From Mobula hypostoma (Eukaryota), in assembly GCF_963921235.1 (NCBI RefSeq), contig NC_086100.1, positions 203,362,001 through 203,426,000 of the forward strand: a stretch of 64,000 nucleotides of DNA. The letters are read 5' to 3'. Of this stretch, positions 12,201-25,849 are shown in pieces. The position numbers and the translations under genes are program-made. The stretch's first letter is position 1. Each line of letters starts with the position of its first letter. Below the pieces are notes generated by a model. It saw only the letters and a list, made by a program, of their open reading frames with translations. It searched no databases and was not told the DNA's origin.

Positions 12201-14080
12201 GCAAGGACATGGCAGACTAATAGAATAATTACTTTGGTTCTGTCTTCACTAAGGAGGACATAAATAATCTTCCAGAAATAGTAGGGGACAGAGGGTCCAG
12301 TGAGATGGAGGAACTGAGCGAAATACATGTTAGTAAGGAAGTGGTGTTAGGTAAATTGAAGGGATCGAAGGCTGATAAATCCCCAGGGCCAGATGGTCTG
12401 CATCCTAGAGTGCTTAAGGAAGTAGCCCAAGAAATAGTGGATGCATTAGTGATAATTTTTCAAAACTCGTTAGATTCTGGACTAGTTCCTAAGGATTGGA
12501 GGGTGGCTAATGTAACTCCACTTTTTAAAAAAGGAGGGAGAGAGAAACCGGGGAATTATAGACCGGGTAGCCTAACGTCGGTGGTGGGGAAACTGTTCGA
12601 GTCAGTTATCAAGGATGTGATAACAGCACATTTGGAAAGCGGTGAAATGATCGGACAAAGTCAGCATGGATTTGTGAAAGGAAAATCATGTCTGACGAAT
12701 CTGATAGAATTTTTTGAGGATGTAACTAGTTGAGTGGATAGGGGAGAACCAGTGGATGTGGTATATTTGGATTTTCAAAAGGCTTTTGACAAGGTCCCAC
12801 ACAGGAGATTAGTGTGCAAACTTAAAGCACACGGTATTGGGGGTAAGGTATTGGTGTGGGTGGAGAATTTGTTAGCAGACAGGAAGCAAAGAGTGAGAAT
12901 AAACGGGACCTTTTCAGAATGGCAGGCGGTTACTTGTGGGGTACCGCAAAGTCAGTGCTGGGACCCCAGTTGTTTACAATATATATTAATGACTTGGATG
13001 AGGAAATTAAATGCAGCATCTCCAAGTTTGCGGATGACACGAAGCTGGGTGGCAGTGTTAGCTGTGAGGAGGATGCTAAGAGGATGCAGGGTGACTTGGA
13101 TAGGTTGGGTGAGTGGGCAAATTCATGGCAGATGTAATTTAATGTGGATAAATGTGAAGTTATCCACATTGGTGGCAAAAATAGGAAAACAGATTATTAT
13201 CTGAATGGTGGCCAATTAGTAAAAGGGGAGGTGCAACGAGACCTGGGTGTCATTATACACCAGTCATTGAAAGTGGGCATGCAGGTACAGCAGGCGGTGA
13301 AAAAGGCAAATGGTATGCTGGCATTTATAGCAAGAGGATTCGAGTACAGGAGCAGGGAGGTACTACTGCAGTTGTACAAGGCCTTGGTGAGACCACACCT
13401 GGAGTATTGTGTGCAGTTTTGGTCCCCTAATCTGAGGAAAGACATCCTTGCCATAGAGGGAGTACAAAGAAGGTTCACCAGATTGATTCCTGGGATGGCA
13501 GGACTTTCATATGAAGAAAGACTGGATGAACTGGGCTTGTACTCGTTGGAATTTAGAAGATTGAGGGGGGATCTGATTGAAACGTATAAGATCCTGAAGG
13601 GATTGGACAGGCTAGATGCAGGAAGATTGTTCCCGATATTGGGGAAGTCCAGAACGAGGGGCCACAGTTTGAGGATAGAGTGGAAGCCTTTTAGGACCGA
13701 GATTAGGAAAACCTTCTTCACACAGAGAGTGTTGAATCTGTGGAATTCTCTGCCACAGGAAACAGCTGAGGCCAGTTCATTGGCTATATTTAAGAGGGAG
13801 TTAGATATGGCCCTTGTGGCTACGGGGGTCAGGGGGTATAGAGGGAAGGCTGGGGCAGGGTTCTGAGTTGGATGATCAGCCATGATCATAATAAATGGCG
13901 GTGCAGGCTCGAAGGGCCGAATGGCCTACTCCTGAACCTATTTTGTTTCTATGTTTCTATATCTACAGGACTTCTGGGGGGTAATTTAGGTTTCATTTGA
14001 AAAAGGAAGCAGTGAGGGTTTTATTTCCCAATTCTCTCCACACCACACTCCAGTCCAGTTAGTGGCCGGAATGCAGCCTT
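9265..14080 (+). mobile_element. Nimb/I-group LINE 3' part (RNase H), split by the CR1 at 10106-13962
   Basis: KKQLTNHLSVFRVE...LGLQWL...VVICSDAFS...FLWVLAHSG is RNase H-like. A Nimb-like terminal motif CACACTCCAGTCCAGTTAGTGGCCGGAATGCA lies at about 14044-14075. Confidence 0.65.
10106..13962 (+). mobile_element. Young CR1 LINE, 5'-truncated: ORF1 SGNH esterase plus ORF2 APE endonuclease/RT with stops and frameshifts
   Basis: ORF1 motifs VIGDSIV, VVVHIGTND, DGLHL. ORF2 motifs ETW, VYRPP, MGDFN, SDHN, YLDFQKAFDKV, KFADDTK. (TTTCTATG)n tail. Confidence 0.95.
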
Positions 14081-14150
14081 ATGTTGGAGTGTCCACGGCC
14101 TTTTACCCAAACCCCGGCACCGTCATTCAAGGGGAAGGCGGAGACAGGTG

Positions 14151-14272
14151 TGATTGACAGTGGATTAGCCAATCAGCATCCGACTAGACCGTCGCCATTT
14201 TTGTGGGAAAGTCAAGCCCTAAATTCGGTGGGCGGGAATGGGAAAAGATGGACAAATCCACAGACCAATGTA
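14151..14272. promoter_or_regulatory. Promoter-like motif cluster (PBX-PREP decamer, NF-Y, YY1, GC box)
   Basis: TGATTGACAG at 14151-14160, AGCCAATCAG at 14167-14176, CGCCATTTT at 14193-14201, GGGCGGG at 14230-14236, and a second CCAAT near 14265. Confidence 0.4.
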
Positions 14273-14754
14273 CGGGGGGCATTAGGAGTAGTTTATTAAC
14301 TGACATCTGACACGTCCAGTGAGGTACCTGCTCTCCAGGACGGTGCTTTTACACTCCCACCCCCACGCCCCCCTCCACCCGCGCACATGATCCTAATGTT
14401 GTGCTGCTGCTGGTCAAGGAGACCATCCGCCCGTGAATAACACCTGGGAGATCAGGCGGTGAATGTGATGAGCTGGAACCCGGACTAAGATACTGCGACC
14501 GCCTCTGGCTTGTGATCGGGACGCGGCTTTCATTATGAACTGAATCACCGAGGTGACCGGATATTTCATCGCGCTGATCACCTGATAACCTCTGACAGAC
14601 GGACTCCCCACGGCGACAGATTGTGATTGAATTAATGAATTAATATGTAGACCCTTTGTGGGAGTTAGTTTGTCCAAACAAAGGTGACTGATCAATTGAG
14701 TATGCTAATACTGTAAATCTGCCTTGAGACTCGTCACAGCTCCAAATTAACAGA

Positions 14755-15665
14755 CACCCCCACATGCACATTTAGATTATGCCAGAGTAAGAATCATTTA
14801 TTTCAACCAGTTCTCAAACTATCTGCCTACAACTTAAAAAAAATCACAAGAACAGAGTCGAAGTTCAGGTTGCATTTATTATTAAACTATGTATCAATGA
14901 AACAACTTTGTGATCGAAACACCTCAAAATCCATCGGGATTCCCATGCCTGCATATCTGTGTGCACTCACAAATCTGTGGACATCCGTAAACCCGCGTGG
15001 AAACCCCAACACAGTTTTCAACCCCAAATCAGTGTGCATCACCAAATCCATGCGCACCTCCAGATCCACCGACATAGCCAGATCTGTGCGCACCCCAAAA
15101 CTACAGACACCCGAAATCCACCCACATACTGAGATCTGTGCGCACTCCAAACCCACTAATATCCCCACATGCATATTAGATTATCACAGAGCAAGAATAA
15201 TTTCAAACACTTCACAAAATAGCTGCCTCCACCTCAAATCAAACAGCAAGAACAAAGTCCAAATTTTAAAGTGCATTTGTTCTTAAAGTATCTACAAATA
15301 TAACAGCCTTGAGATTCATTACACCCCTAAATCCAAGAACTTCCCAAATCCGTTTGCAACCCCAAATCCCCGGAGACACCCAAATTTGTGTGCAGCCCTA
15401 AATACTCCCAAATCTCTGTGCAACCCCAAATTAACCGACACTCCAAAATCCCGGAACAGCCCATATTCACTAGTGTACCCTGAAACCTTCGCACATCCGC
15501 AAATCAACGGGCAACCCCATTTCCATGCGCACCCCCAAACCCGCTGAGATCCCCACGAGGACATGCGATTATCCCAAGCAAGAATCATTTCAAAGATTTC
15601 ACAAAATACCTGCCTCCATCTTAAAAAGTTCAAAGTTCAAAATGCATTAATTATTAAATTATTTA
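14755..15665. repeat. Degenerate ~400-bp tandem repeat (~2.3 units) containing CACCCCAAATC-like subrepeats
   Basis: The anchor CCCCAC...GATTAT...AAGAATCATTT recurs at about 14757, 15163 and 15551. Confidence 0.7.
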
Positions 15666-15825
15666 TGTGTGTCTCCGTCTCCGCGTGTTTATATGCGTTC
15701 TGGTGTGTGTCTGTCCGTCTTTTCATGTGTCTGTGTTTTTGTGTCAGGGACCAGCTCGCAGACGGCGCTCGGTCTTTGTCGTGACCGTGTAGCTACTGAG
15801 AACACACGGCCATCCTGTAAACCCC

Positions 15826-16251
15826 ACACTCCCCTCCCCCGCCTATTCTGTAGCACACAAAAAGGGAACAAACCGGCCTCTCCCGGAAACCACAAGACGT
15901 TATTTTCTGCGAGAACATGGGATCTTTCCAAACAGTGAAGAATTACACAACCTCTATAAATCACTGTGCGTGTCAACCGTCATCACAGTGCGGGGTCGGG
16001 GTGGGGGGGGGGTGTTGCGGACGGGTGGGTGCCGAGGAAACGAGCTACAGAAAAGGGGGAATTGGGGAGAAGGCGAGCGGCAGGGGAAATGTTCGGCAGA
16101 ACGGGAGAAAGAGAAAATAATGGAGAGAAGAAGGGCACTGTGTGTGTAGGGTAGGGTGGAGTGTGTGGAGGAAAGAGTGGGGCAGTGGGGAAGAGAACGG
16201 ATGAAGAGTGGAGGACGGAAAGAAAGAGACTGAGGCTATATATGTATAGTT

Positions 16252-16315
<64 letters not shown>

Positions 16316-16690
16316 TCTCTCCGCACTCCCCTCCCCCGGCTATTCTGTAGCACACAATACGGGAACAGGCGGGCCTCTCCCGGAAGCCACAAGTTTTTTT
16401 TATTTTCTGAGAGCACATTGCAGCTTTCCAAACAACGAAGAATTGCACATCAGACAATTCACTGGGCGTGTCAACCGTCATCACAGAGCCGGGAGGGGTG
16501 GGGACGGGAGTGTGGCGGGGAAAGCGAGCTGCAGTAAAGGAGGAATTGGAAATCGGGCGAGAGGCAGCGAAAGGGGAGAGAGAGACAATAAGGGAAAGTA
16601 GAACGGGAGTGAGTGAGTAGGGTAGAGTCGAATGTGTGGAGGAAAGACTGTGGCAGTGGGGAAGGGAACGGATGAAGAGAGGAGAGAGAG
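15826..16690. repeat. Two diverged ~430-500-bp direct repeats separated by (CT)n at 16254-16321
   Basis: CACTCCCCTCCCCC...CTATTCTGTAGCACACAA...GGCCTCTCCCGGAA at 15826 and 16324. Confidence 0.8.
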
Positions 16691-16918
16691 AAAGAGGGAG
16701 TGTGGAAGAGAGGAAAATAGGTGTAGGGAGAGGAGGAAGAGGAAGAGGGAGGGAGTGGGAGGCAAGACATGAAGAGGAAGAGACGATCGTGGAAGAGGAG
16801 GTGGAGAGAGTGGGAAGGATTGAAAATGGGGGCAAGGGAACGGGGAGAGTTTGAGGCAAAGAGGGGGAACTAGGAATTTTTGGGAAGCGGAGTGAAGGGC
16901 AATGGGATGATGGAGGGA

Positions 16919-16922
<4 letters not shown>

Positions 16923-16950
<28 letters not shown>
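16923..16950. repeat. (GT)n microsatellite
   Basis: Direct reading of the sequence. Confidence 0.95.
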
Positions 16951-17189
16951 ACCTACCTGTGTGCATGCGGGTGTCTGTGTCTGTTTGCTCTTCAAAAACA
17001 TTAAAATAATCTCTTAAAATCCCTGGCCCTGATCGCCTCACTTTCACTATAGATGTCCAGTATCTATACACTTCTATCCCCAGCAGGAAAGCCGCTTAAT
17101 TCCCGACAATCGACCAAACCAATTCCCTTTCACGTACATTTTGTTTGGTGTCAGAGGGTACTGAAACAAACAAAAAAGCCAAAAAAAAA

Positions 17190-18907
17190 AACATAGAAAC
17201 ATAGAAAATAGGTGCAGGAGTAGGCCATTCGGCCCTTCGAGCCTGCACCTCCATTCAGTATGATCATGGCTGATCATCCAACTCAGAACCCTGTACCAGC
17301 CTTCCCTCCATACCCTCTGATCCTTTTAGCCACAAGGGTCATATCTAACTCCCTCTTAAATATAGCCAATGAACTGGCCTCAACTGTTTCCTATGGCAGA
17401 GAATTCCACAGATTCACCACTCTGTGTGAAAACGTTTTTCCTAATCTCGGTCCTAAAAGGCTTCTCTTTTATCCTCAATTTTGACCCCTCGTTCTGGACT
17501 TCCCCAACATCGGGAAAAATCTTCCTGCATCTAGCCTGTCCAATCCCTTTAGGATTTTATACGTTTCAATCAGATCCACCCTCAATCTTCTAAATTCCAA
17601 CGAGTATAAGCCTAGTTCATCCAGTCTTTCATCATATGAAAGTCCTGCCATCCCAGGAATCAATCTGGTGAACCTTCTTTGTACTCCCTCTATGGCAAGG
17701 ATGTCTTTCCTCAGATTCGGGGACCAAAACTGCACACAATACTCCAGGTGTGGTCTCACCAAGGCCTTGTACAACTGCAGTAGTACCTCCCTGCTCCTGT
17801 ACTCGAATCCTCTCGCTATAAATGCCAGCATACCATTCGCCTTTTTCACCGCCTGCTGTACCTGCATGCCCACTTTCAATGACTGGTGTATAATGACATC
17901 CAGGTCTCGTTGCACCTCCCCTTTTCCTAATCGGCCACCATTCAGATAATAATCTGTTTTCCTGTTTTTGCCACCAAAGTGGATAGCCTCATATTTATCC
18001 ACATTAAATTGCATCTGCCATGAATTTGCCCACTCACCTAACCTATCCAAGTCACCCTGCATCCTCTTAGCATCCTCCTCACAACTAACACTGCTGCCCA
18101 GCTTCGTGTCATCCGCAAACTTGGAGATGCTGCATTTAATTCCCTCATCCAAGTCATTAATATATATTGTAAACAACTGTTGTCCCAGCACTGAGCCTTG
18201 CGGTACCCAACTAGTTACAGCCTGCCATTCTGAAAAGATCTCGTTTACTCCCACTCTTTGCTTCCTGTCTGCCAACCAATTCTCTATCCACATCAATACC
18301 TTACCCCCAATACCGTGTTCTTTAAGTTTGCACACTAATCTCCTGTGTGGGACCTTGTCAAAAGCCTTTTGAAAATCCAAATATACCACATCCACTCGTT
18401 CTCCCCATCCACTCTACTAGTTACATCCTCAAAAAATGCTATCAGATTCGTCAGACATGATTTTCCTTTCACAAATCCATGCTGACTTCGTCCGATGATT
18501 TAACCGCTTTCCAAATGTGCTATTATCACGTCTTTGATAAGTGACTCCAGCAGTTTCCCCACCACCGATGTCAGGCTAACCGGTCTATAATTCCCTGGTT
18601 TCTCTCTCCCTCCTTTTTTAAAAAGTGGGGTTACATTAGCCACCCTCCAATCCTCAGGAACTAGTCCAGAATCTAAAGAGTTTTGAAAAATTATCACTAA
18701 TGCATCCACTATTTCTTGGGCTACTTCCTTAAACACATCTGGGATGCAGACCATCTGGCCCTGGGGATTTATCTGCCTTTAATCCCTTCAATTTACCTAA
18801 CACCACTTCCCTACTAACATGTATTTACCTCAGTTCCTCCATCTCACTGGACCCTCTGTCCCCTACTATTTCCGGAAGATTATTTATGTCCTCCTTAGTG
18901 AAGACAG

Positions 18908-18910
<3 letters not shown>
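17190..18910 (-). mobile_element. Young CR1 LINE RT/3' end, same subfamily as 10106-13962
   Basis: 306-aa ORF MDVVYLDFQKAFDKV...KFADDTK... nearly identical to the plus-strand copy, with the same tail. Confidence 0.95.
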
Positions 18911-18940
<30 letters not shown>

Positions 18941-19620
18941 CCTAACTCTTGGCCATTTAGTCCGTACCGAATTGTTATTCTGCCGAGATCCATAACCGCG
19001 GCTGAACCATGACCGCTCCGGTCCATGTACTGGTCCAAAGTTCTCTGCAATGAAATCCGTAACTTCCACTGACAGCTTTTCCGAAACCCTCGCCACCCTC
19101 TGAGTGAAGGGATTCCCACTCAGGTTCCTCTTCAATATTTCATCTTTCACACTTAATCTGTGATCTCTCGTTCCCGTTTCACCCAACTTCAGAGGAAAAA
19201 TCCTGCCTGCATTTACCCTGTCAACAGCACTGATAATTTTATCTACATCTGCGAAACCTCTCTTCATTTTGCAGCACTAAAGGGAATGAAGTCCTTACCT
19301 TTTTCTAAAGCTCGAATCCTCAAGTCCCAGCAGACCGATTGTCAATTTTCTCTGCACTCTTTCAATTTTGTTGATAATTTTCCTTCAGGTTGGTGACAAA
19401 AACTACACACAATACTCCAGATTAGGCCTCAACAAAGTCTTATACAACTTCAACATAACATTCCTTCTCCTGTATTAAATACTTTGATTTATCAGGTCCA
19501 ATGTGCCAAAAGCGCTCATTTCGACGCTATCTACCTGTGACCCCACTTTCAAGTAATTATGAATCTGTTTTCCCAGATCCCTCTGGTCTACCGGCTGCTC
19601 AGGATCCAACTGCTCACCGT
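18911..19620 (-). mobile_element. CR1 3' fragment with (TTAG)n tail
   Basis: (CTAA)n run at 18910-18946 followed by DRVNAGRIFP...TRDH...FTQRV remnants. Confidence 0.75.
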
Positions 19621-19769
19621 GACTTCATACACCCCCAAATTAGTGCACAGCCCGAATCTAATCCTTTGAATATGTAATAACGTTTGATGAGTTTCCAGCA
19701 GTAAATCTGACCTGCTGCGAGAATGGCCTGTTTTAAACCCTTGACAACTGAAAGGGAATCTGAACAAAT

Positions 19770-22250
19770 TAAAACTTTACATGGACACATTTCCTAAACC
19801 CACTGCAAACACGAAATGATGGCAAGCGATTCTGTTGTAAATCCTAATAAATAGTTGGTAGGTCGTTTCTTTATTGTTACCAATAATTTACGCATAACTC
19901 AGCAACACCAACATTCCCAGTTAAGTTATATTTTGATCCTTCTGTAAAAATGGTTAAACTATCTCAATAAATTTCTTTCATATACACTGAACCAACACAT
20001 TCTCGGGCATAGCAGAATCGTTGGACTTAATTAAATCGTGTTTCCTATAATCAACTAAAGGTATTGAAAGAAACAAGGTGGGGTTACCAAGAAAGCGACT
20101 GTGGGACTGTTTGCGTAACCCAACGACCCACATTTCAAGCGTGATAAGAACCCGGGGACCCCAAACCAAAAATGTTCTTCTTGCGAAGTTCCCAACAGTC
20201 CTCCAACACCCCCTTAACAGGATGATCGTTTCTTCCCCCTTAAATTAATCCAGTATGTTAACATTAAATTCAACCTCCACAATTTCAACGAGTAAAGCCG
20301 AAACAGGGGACAGCCCTGACTGCACCATAACACAATATTAAAGCCTGTGCTTGTGTCACGCCCAAACAAAATGAAGTTGAAGATGATGCTGATCTATAAA
20401 CCACAACCATAATCAAGAACAGATCCGATTAAACAAACGAAATTTGTCAGCAAATAGTTTCATGTAACACCCCAGAATAACCACAGTGATAACTGAGAAT
20501 ATTTAATGTTTCTTTATATTTGTCAATTATTTTCTGATCCAGTGCTTCCATATCAGCTTATTATCCATCCACATGCATGGACATCTTACCACTGACACCG
20601 TTTAAGTAATTTGACCATATCATTTCCAATCAAGAGCAGGTCCAGTAATCCTGTTAGTAAAACACATAACTTGTGCTGTCGCTACTGAAAGGTTAAATCC
20701 CATCTACTTGCCGACTGTTCGACCGTATTAATTGCGAATGCATCCTATATACAGAATAATTCAAAATTCTATCTCTAATCCATGAACATCTATCATCTGC
20801 ATATTGTGATTTACACACTCCAAAACCTATCTCAGAAAAAAATAACATTAATTATAATATGAAATCATAAATAATGCCCTGTGGGATCCTAAACTCCATC
20901 TCATAACAACCTGAAAATAACTTGCCCACCCGTACCTTACACAAAACGTCCAATTAAAAAACCCAGAAAAAGTTCGATAATCGCCCCCTCCATCCTCATT
21001 TCCACAATTTCATAAAAAGTCTTTCCTTCCATAAGTACCATCTACCTTTCTGAACAGTAAAAATTCTGCTGTTACTTCATTTATATTTATCTGTGCTTTC
21101 CTACTATCACCTTCCAAATATAAAAATGAATTCAATATCATTCTTGCCCACGCATAACTTTACAAGACGTCCAAATAAGAAAAAAATATGGAATAGCCCT
21201 CCGAATTGCATTTCCAAAAATTAATCAAAAGTCCGTCCTTCAATAAATATCATTTCCATTTTCAATATCAAAACATATTGCTGTTACAACATGTTTATTT
21301 AAGTGTGCTTTCCTAATATGATCTTCCAAACCTAAAACTGATTCCAATGTTATTCTACCCTTCTGAATTCCCCTCTGATAAAACGTGAAATCACCTCATT
21401 TATCTAAAATATAATTCAACGCTCGATTACCATACATTCCAGAAGTTTACATAAATGAGACGTCAATTATATTGGCCTTTAACAAGGAAGATCAGACGGG
21501 GAGCTCCAAGTATTAGAACAGGCACTGCTACAACCATTTTCCATGAGGAAGGTAGATGGCCAAACCTCCAAATACGATTCAAAAAGTTAATATTTTCACA
21601 AAAGAAAATTACATACATACTCGTTAAATCAAGAATTTCTAGGACAAGTTCCTTATACATTTCACTCCCATTCCCACTCTATACCCTGCTCCTTTCCTTA
21701 TAAAACTGGCAACAACACCCCTCTACCAACTAACCTGGCAAGCCTAACGACAATATAATCCTGCATAGGGAAAAAAAACATAAAATGTGCAGGTTTCCTG
21801 AAAAGATATAACATCGGAAAAATCTGACAAATCAGAAATAAACGTCTTAAAGTCTTGACCACTATAAATCAGAGTTTTCGCATTTCATTGCCATATTTCA
21901 ATCCTATTATGTATGTTCACAAGTAGACTGGGATACAGATACCCCACCCAACAAAACTTCATTGAAAGCTTCCCACAAAACACCAGTTACACCAAGATAC
22001 CTTTCTGCAGCTTTCACAGTAATTTGTATTTCCTCAGTAGGATGAGATGTCTGAGCAGTACAATTCAGCACATCGGTTATAAACATCACAAACTTCATTT
22101 TATCCAGCAGTAAAGTATCTTTGGTGAGAGAACTATGACGCCGGCATATATCCACTGACGTCACAGTCTGTTCTCTGACTGGGAACACTTTATCCAGTTT
22201 ACCTGCTCTGCTTGCTGTACCTGTTCTTGAACAGACTCTTCTGCTCACCA
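19770..22250 (-). mobile_element. Nimb/I-group LINE, degenerate (ORF1 C-terminus, partial EN/RT, start of RNase H)
   Basis: DTLLLDKMKFVMFITDVLNCTAQTS...IQITVKAAERYLGV is an ORF1 tail. NRIWRFGHLPSSWKMVVAVPV is RT-like. Homologous to 6345-7480. Confidence 0.7.
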
Positions 22251-25200
22251 TAGAACCATAGAACCATAGAAACTACAGCACAGAAACAGGCCCTTTGGCC
22301 CTTCTTGGCTGTGCCGAACCATTTTCTGCCTAGTTCCACTGACCTGCACACAGACCATATCCCTCCATACACCTCCCATCCATGTAACTGTCAAATACAT
22401 CTCTCACGATGCTGTTCTGAACCAATTGAACTGGTCATTTCATGCCTTTCTAAACCAATCCCTTCTGCATACACAAGGAACACATCCCTCCATTCTCCTC
22501 ACATTCACGTGGTATCTAATGGCCTCTATCGCATCTACTTCCACCACCACCCCTGACATTCACTCAGACACCCACCACTCTGAGTACGAAAAACAAAACT
22601 TGAAACGCAAATCTCCTTTGAACATTCTGAGTCTAGTTTTTAACATAATTGTCTTATGTATTTTTTTAGCAGCAGCTGTACAAAGAAAACATACGAAGTT
22701 ACACAAAATTAGAAAAGAAATAGTCCAAAAAAGGACCAGTGAGGTGGTGTTCCCTCTTTCTACTGAAGTGCATGCCCTCTGGTATTAGACATTTCTTCCT
22801 TGGGGGAGAAAACAGTTGTCCACTCTGTCTGTGCCTCTCACATTCCTAATAAATGTCTGTCAGACCTCCCTGAGCTCTGCCGTTCCGGCGAAAATTCCCC
22901 TAGATTGCCTAGTCTCACATAATCCAGGCAGCATACTGTTAAACTTCTTCCACTCACTATCTGAGGATCAACATACTCCAATCTCGACCCATGAATATAA
23001 CAGCAAAGAGACAATGCTGAGCCTTTATAAGACACTAGTCAGGCCATACTTGGAGTATTGTCAACAGTTCTGGGATCCAATATCTCAAGAAGGATGTTTT
23101 CTCCTTGGAAGGAGTACAAAGAAGGTTCAGAAGGATGATCTTGGGAATGAAGGGGTTAACATTTGAGGAGCATTTGGCAGCATTGACCCTGTGCTCACTG
23201 GAACTCAGAAGAATGCAGGGGTAAATATTATTAAAACCTACCGAATGTTGAAAGGACCAGATGAGGTGGATGTGGAGAAGATAGTTCTAATGGGTGGGGG
23301 GGGGGTGCTATCAAGAACTAGAGGGCACATTCACAAAGTTGAGGGGTCACATTTTCAGAGTTGAGAGGTCAGCAGGATTTTTTTTTATTAGCCAGAGGGT
23401 ATTGGATCTGTGGTATGCTCTGCCGCGGACTATGGTAAAGGCCAAGTGTGTGGGTACATGTAAGGCAGAAGTTTATCGTACTTTGATCGGTCAGGACATC
23501 AAAGGATATGGCGAGAAAGCAGGTGTATGGGTTTGCGTGCGATCCCGGATCAGCCGTGATTGAAAGGTGGAAGACTCTATGGACTGAATGGTTTGATTCT
23601 GGTGCTATATCTCATGGTATTTTGGACACAATCCACGTCAATCAAGACTAATCTCCTCTGTAGTCTTCCAGCACAAAACATGCTTTGTATAGAATGTTAA
23701 GCAGAACTGAATGCAATTTTTCCAGAACGTTGTCAAGTAGGGCAGCAACACTGAGAGGAATAGAGTCGATGTTTGGGACAGAATCCCTCCCTTAAGGCAC
23801 TGACACAGGCCCTTCGACCCAACCTTCCTATGACATCCTAGTGTCATTTTAAACTAATCCCATCTGCCTGACTTTGACACAAAACACAGAAATCTACAAC
23901 ACATTACAGGCTCCTCAGCAAACAATGTTGTACCGACCATGTAACGGATTCTAGAAACTGCCTAGGATTTCTCTAAAATATAGCCTTCTATGTTTCTAAG
24001 CTCCATGTGCCTATCTAAGAGTCTCTTAAAATATCCGATTGTATCCACCTCCACCATCGCTGCCGGCAGTGCATTATTTGCACCCACCACTCTCCGTGTA
24101 AGAAAATTACCCGACATATTCCTTCGGAACCGACTTCCAAGCAGCATAAATCTATGCCCTCTCGTGTTAGTCACTTCAACCCTCGGAAGATGCCTCTGGC
24201 TATCCACATGGCCAAAGCCTCTCATCGTCTTATACACCTCTCAGGTCACCTCTCATCCTCCGTCGCTCCAAGAAGCAAAGGCCAAGCTTACTCAATTTAT
24301 TTTCATAAGGCATGCTCTCCAAACCAAGAGCAACATATAACCATAGATCCATAGAAAAACTACAGCACAGAAACAGGCCGTTTGGCCCTTCTTAGCTGTG
24401 CCGAACCATTTTCTGCCTAGTCCCACTGACCTGCACACGGACCATATCCCTCCATACACCTCCCATCCATGTATCTGTCCAATTTATTCTTAAATGTTAA
24501 TAAAGAACCCGCGTTTACCACCTCGTCTGGCAGCTCATTCCATACTCCCACCACTCTCTGTGTGAAGAAGCCCCCTCTAATGTTCCCTTTAAACTTTTCC
24601 CCCCTTACCCTAAACCCATGTCCTCTGGTTTTTTTCTCCCCTTGCCTCAGTGGAAAAAGCCTGCTTGCATTCACTCTATCAATACCCATCATAATTTTAT
24701 ATACCTCTATCAAATCTCCCCACATTCTTCTACGCTCCAGGGAATAAAGTCCTAACCTATTCAACCTTTCTCTGTAACTGAGTTTCTCAAGTCCCGGCAA
24801 CATCCTTGTAAACCTTCTCTGCACTCTTTCAACCTTATTTATATCCTTCCTGTAATTTGGTGACCAAAACTGAACACAATACTCCAGATTCGGCCTCACC
24901 AATGCCTTATACAACCTCATCATGACATTCCAGCAACATCGTTGTAAATCTACTCTACACTCTCTATAGTATCCACATCCTTCCTGGTGTGCATTTACCA
25001 GAATTGAAAACAGAACTCCCAAGTGGCATCCAACTAAGCCCACAACCCTGCTGTGTTAGGGTACAATTGCTTATGTACAGGATAGGAGAAATATAGCTTC
25101 AACATTACCTCACAGCTCTTGAATTCGATCCCACGGTTGATGAATGCCATTGCACCAGACGCCTTCTTAACAATATTGCCAACTTGCACAGCATCTTTTA

Positions 25201-25435
25201 GTGTGCAATAGACACGGACACCAAGATCTCTCTGATCCTCTACAGGGCCAAGAGTCATATCATTAATATTATATTCTGTGTTCAAATTTGACCTGCCGAA
25301 ATGAACCACTTCACATTTATCTGTGCTGAACTCCATCTGCCACTTCTCAGCCCAGTTCTGCATCCTATCTATTTCCCGCAGTAATCTCTGACAACCCTCC
25401 AGACCATCCAAAACTCCCCCAACTTTTGTGTCATC
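22250..25435. mobile_element. Stack of nested CR1 3' fragments (minus 22250-22900, plus 22990-23620, minus 23880-25435 with a young insert at 24340-24935)
   Basis: Multiple LVRPxLEYC...RGDLIEVYK...FFTQRVV ORFs and (CATAGAAC)n tails. Confidence 0.85.
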
Positions 25436-25615
25436 CGCTGGGCCTTCTGGGAGTTGTAGTCATTGGTCCTCCCCTCCTCGCTCGTCCCCTGCAAAAGCAT
25501 TTTTTCTCAGCCACCACAGACATCGCCGAAACAGACTCACCCAGGCGTCGAAGGAGAATCATACCCGTCCTTCTGGGCTCGGAGGCCGGCGACCACCGAC
25601 AGCAGCATCTCGCTG
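25436..25615. promoter_or_regulatory. Second copy of the ZNF143/THAP11-motif promoter-like module
   Basis: Minus strand ACTACAACTCCCAGAAGGCCCAGCG at 25460-25436 with an adjacent CCAAT. Shares GAGGCCGGCGACCACCGACAGCAG with 2050-2073. Confidence 0.5.
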
Positions 25616-25849
25616 AACTCCGCCATGGTGATGGAGCAGAAGAGAAGGGGCTGAACCACCAGTCTATCGTAGCTCAGACCCAACACTCACCCCTGCTGTC
25701 ATTGTGTGCATTGCCTGTCGGCCAAACGGGAACTCACGCGGTGATTAGTTTAAATATGAACGTCAGTCAGCCTTCCTGTTTTTATCAGCTTGCGCTTGAT
25801 TTATATCGGGGACAGGAAGCCACTTGTAGGAGATAGAGTACTTGGGAAA

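Noticed and set aside
11201..13889. Long antisense ORFs (258 aa, 230 aa) and their repeats elsewhere
   Set aside because: They are shadow frames of CR1 ORF2 and recur only because the LINE recurs.
14755..16690. CRISPR-like repeat array or other prokaryotic defence system
   Set aside because: The repeats are degenerate with no constant repeat-spacer pattern, there are no cas genes, and the context is vertebrate.
16308..17071. 200-aa Pro/Ser/Leu-rich ORFs
   Set aside because: They are translations of low-complexity purine-rich DNA and microsatellites.
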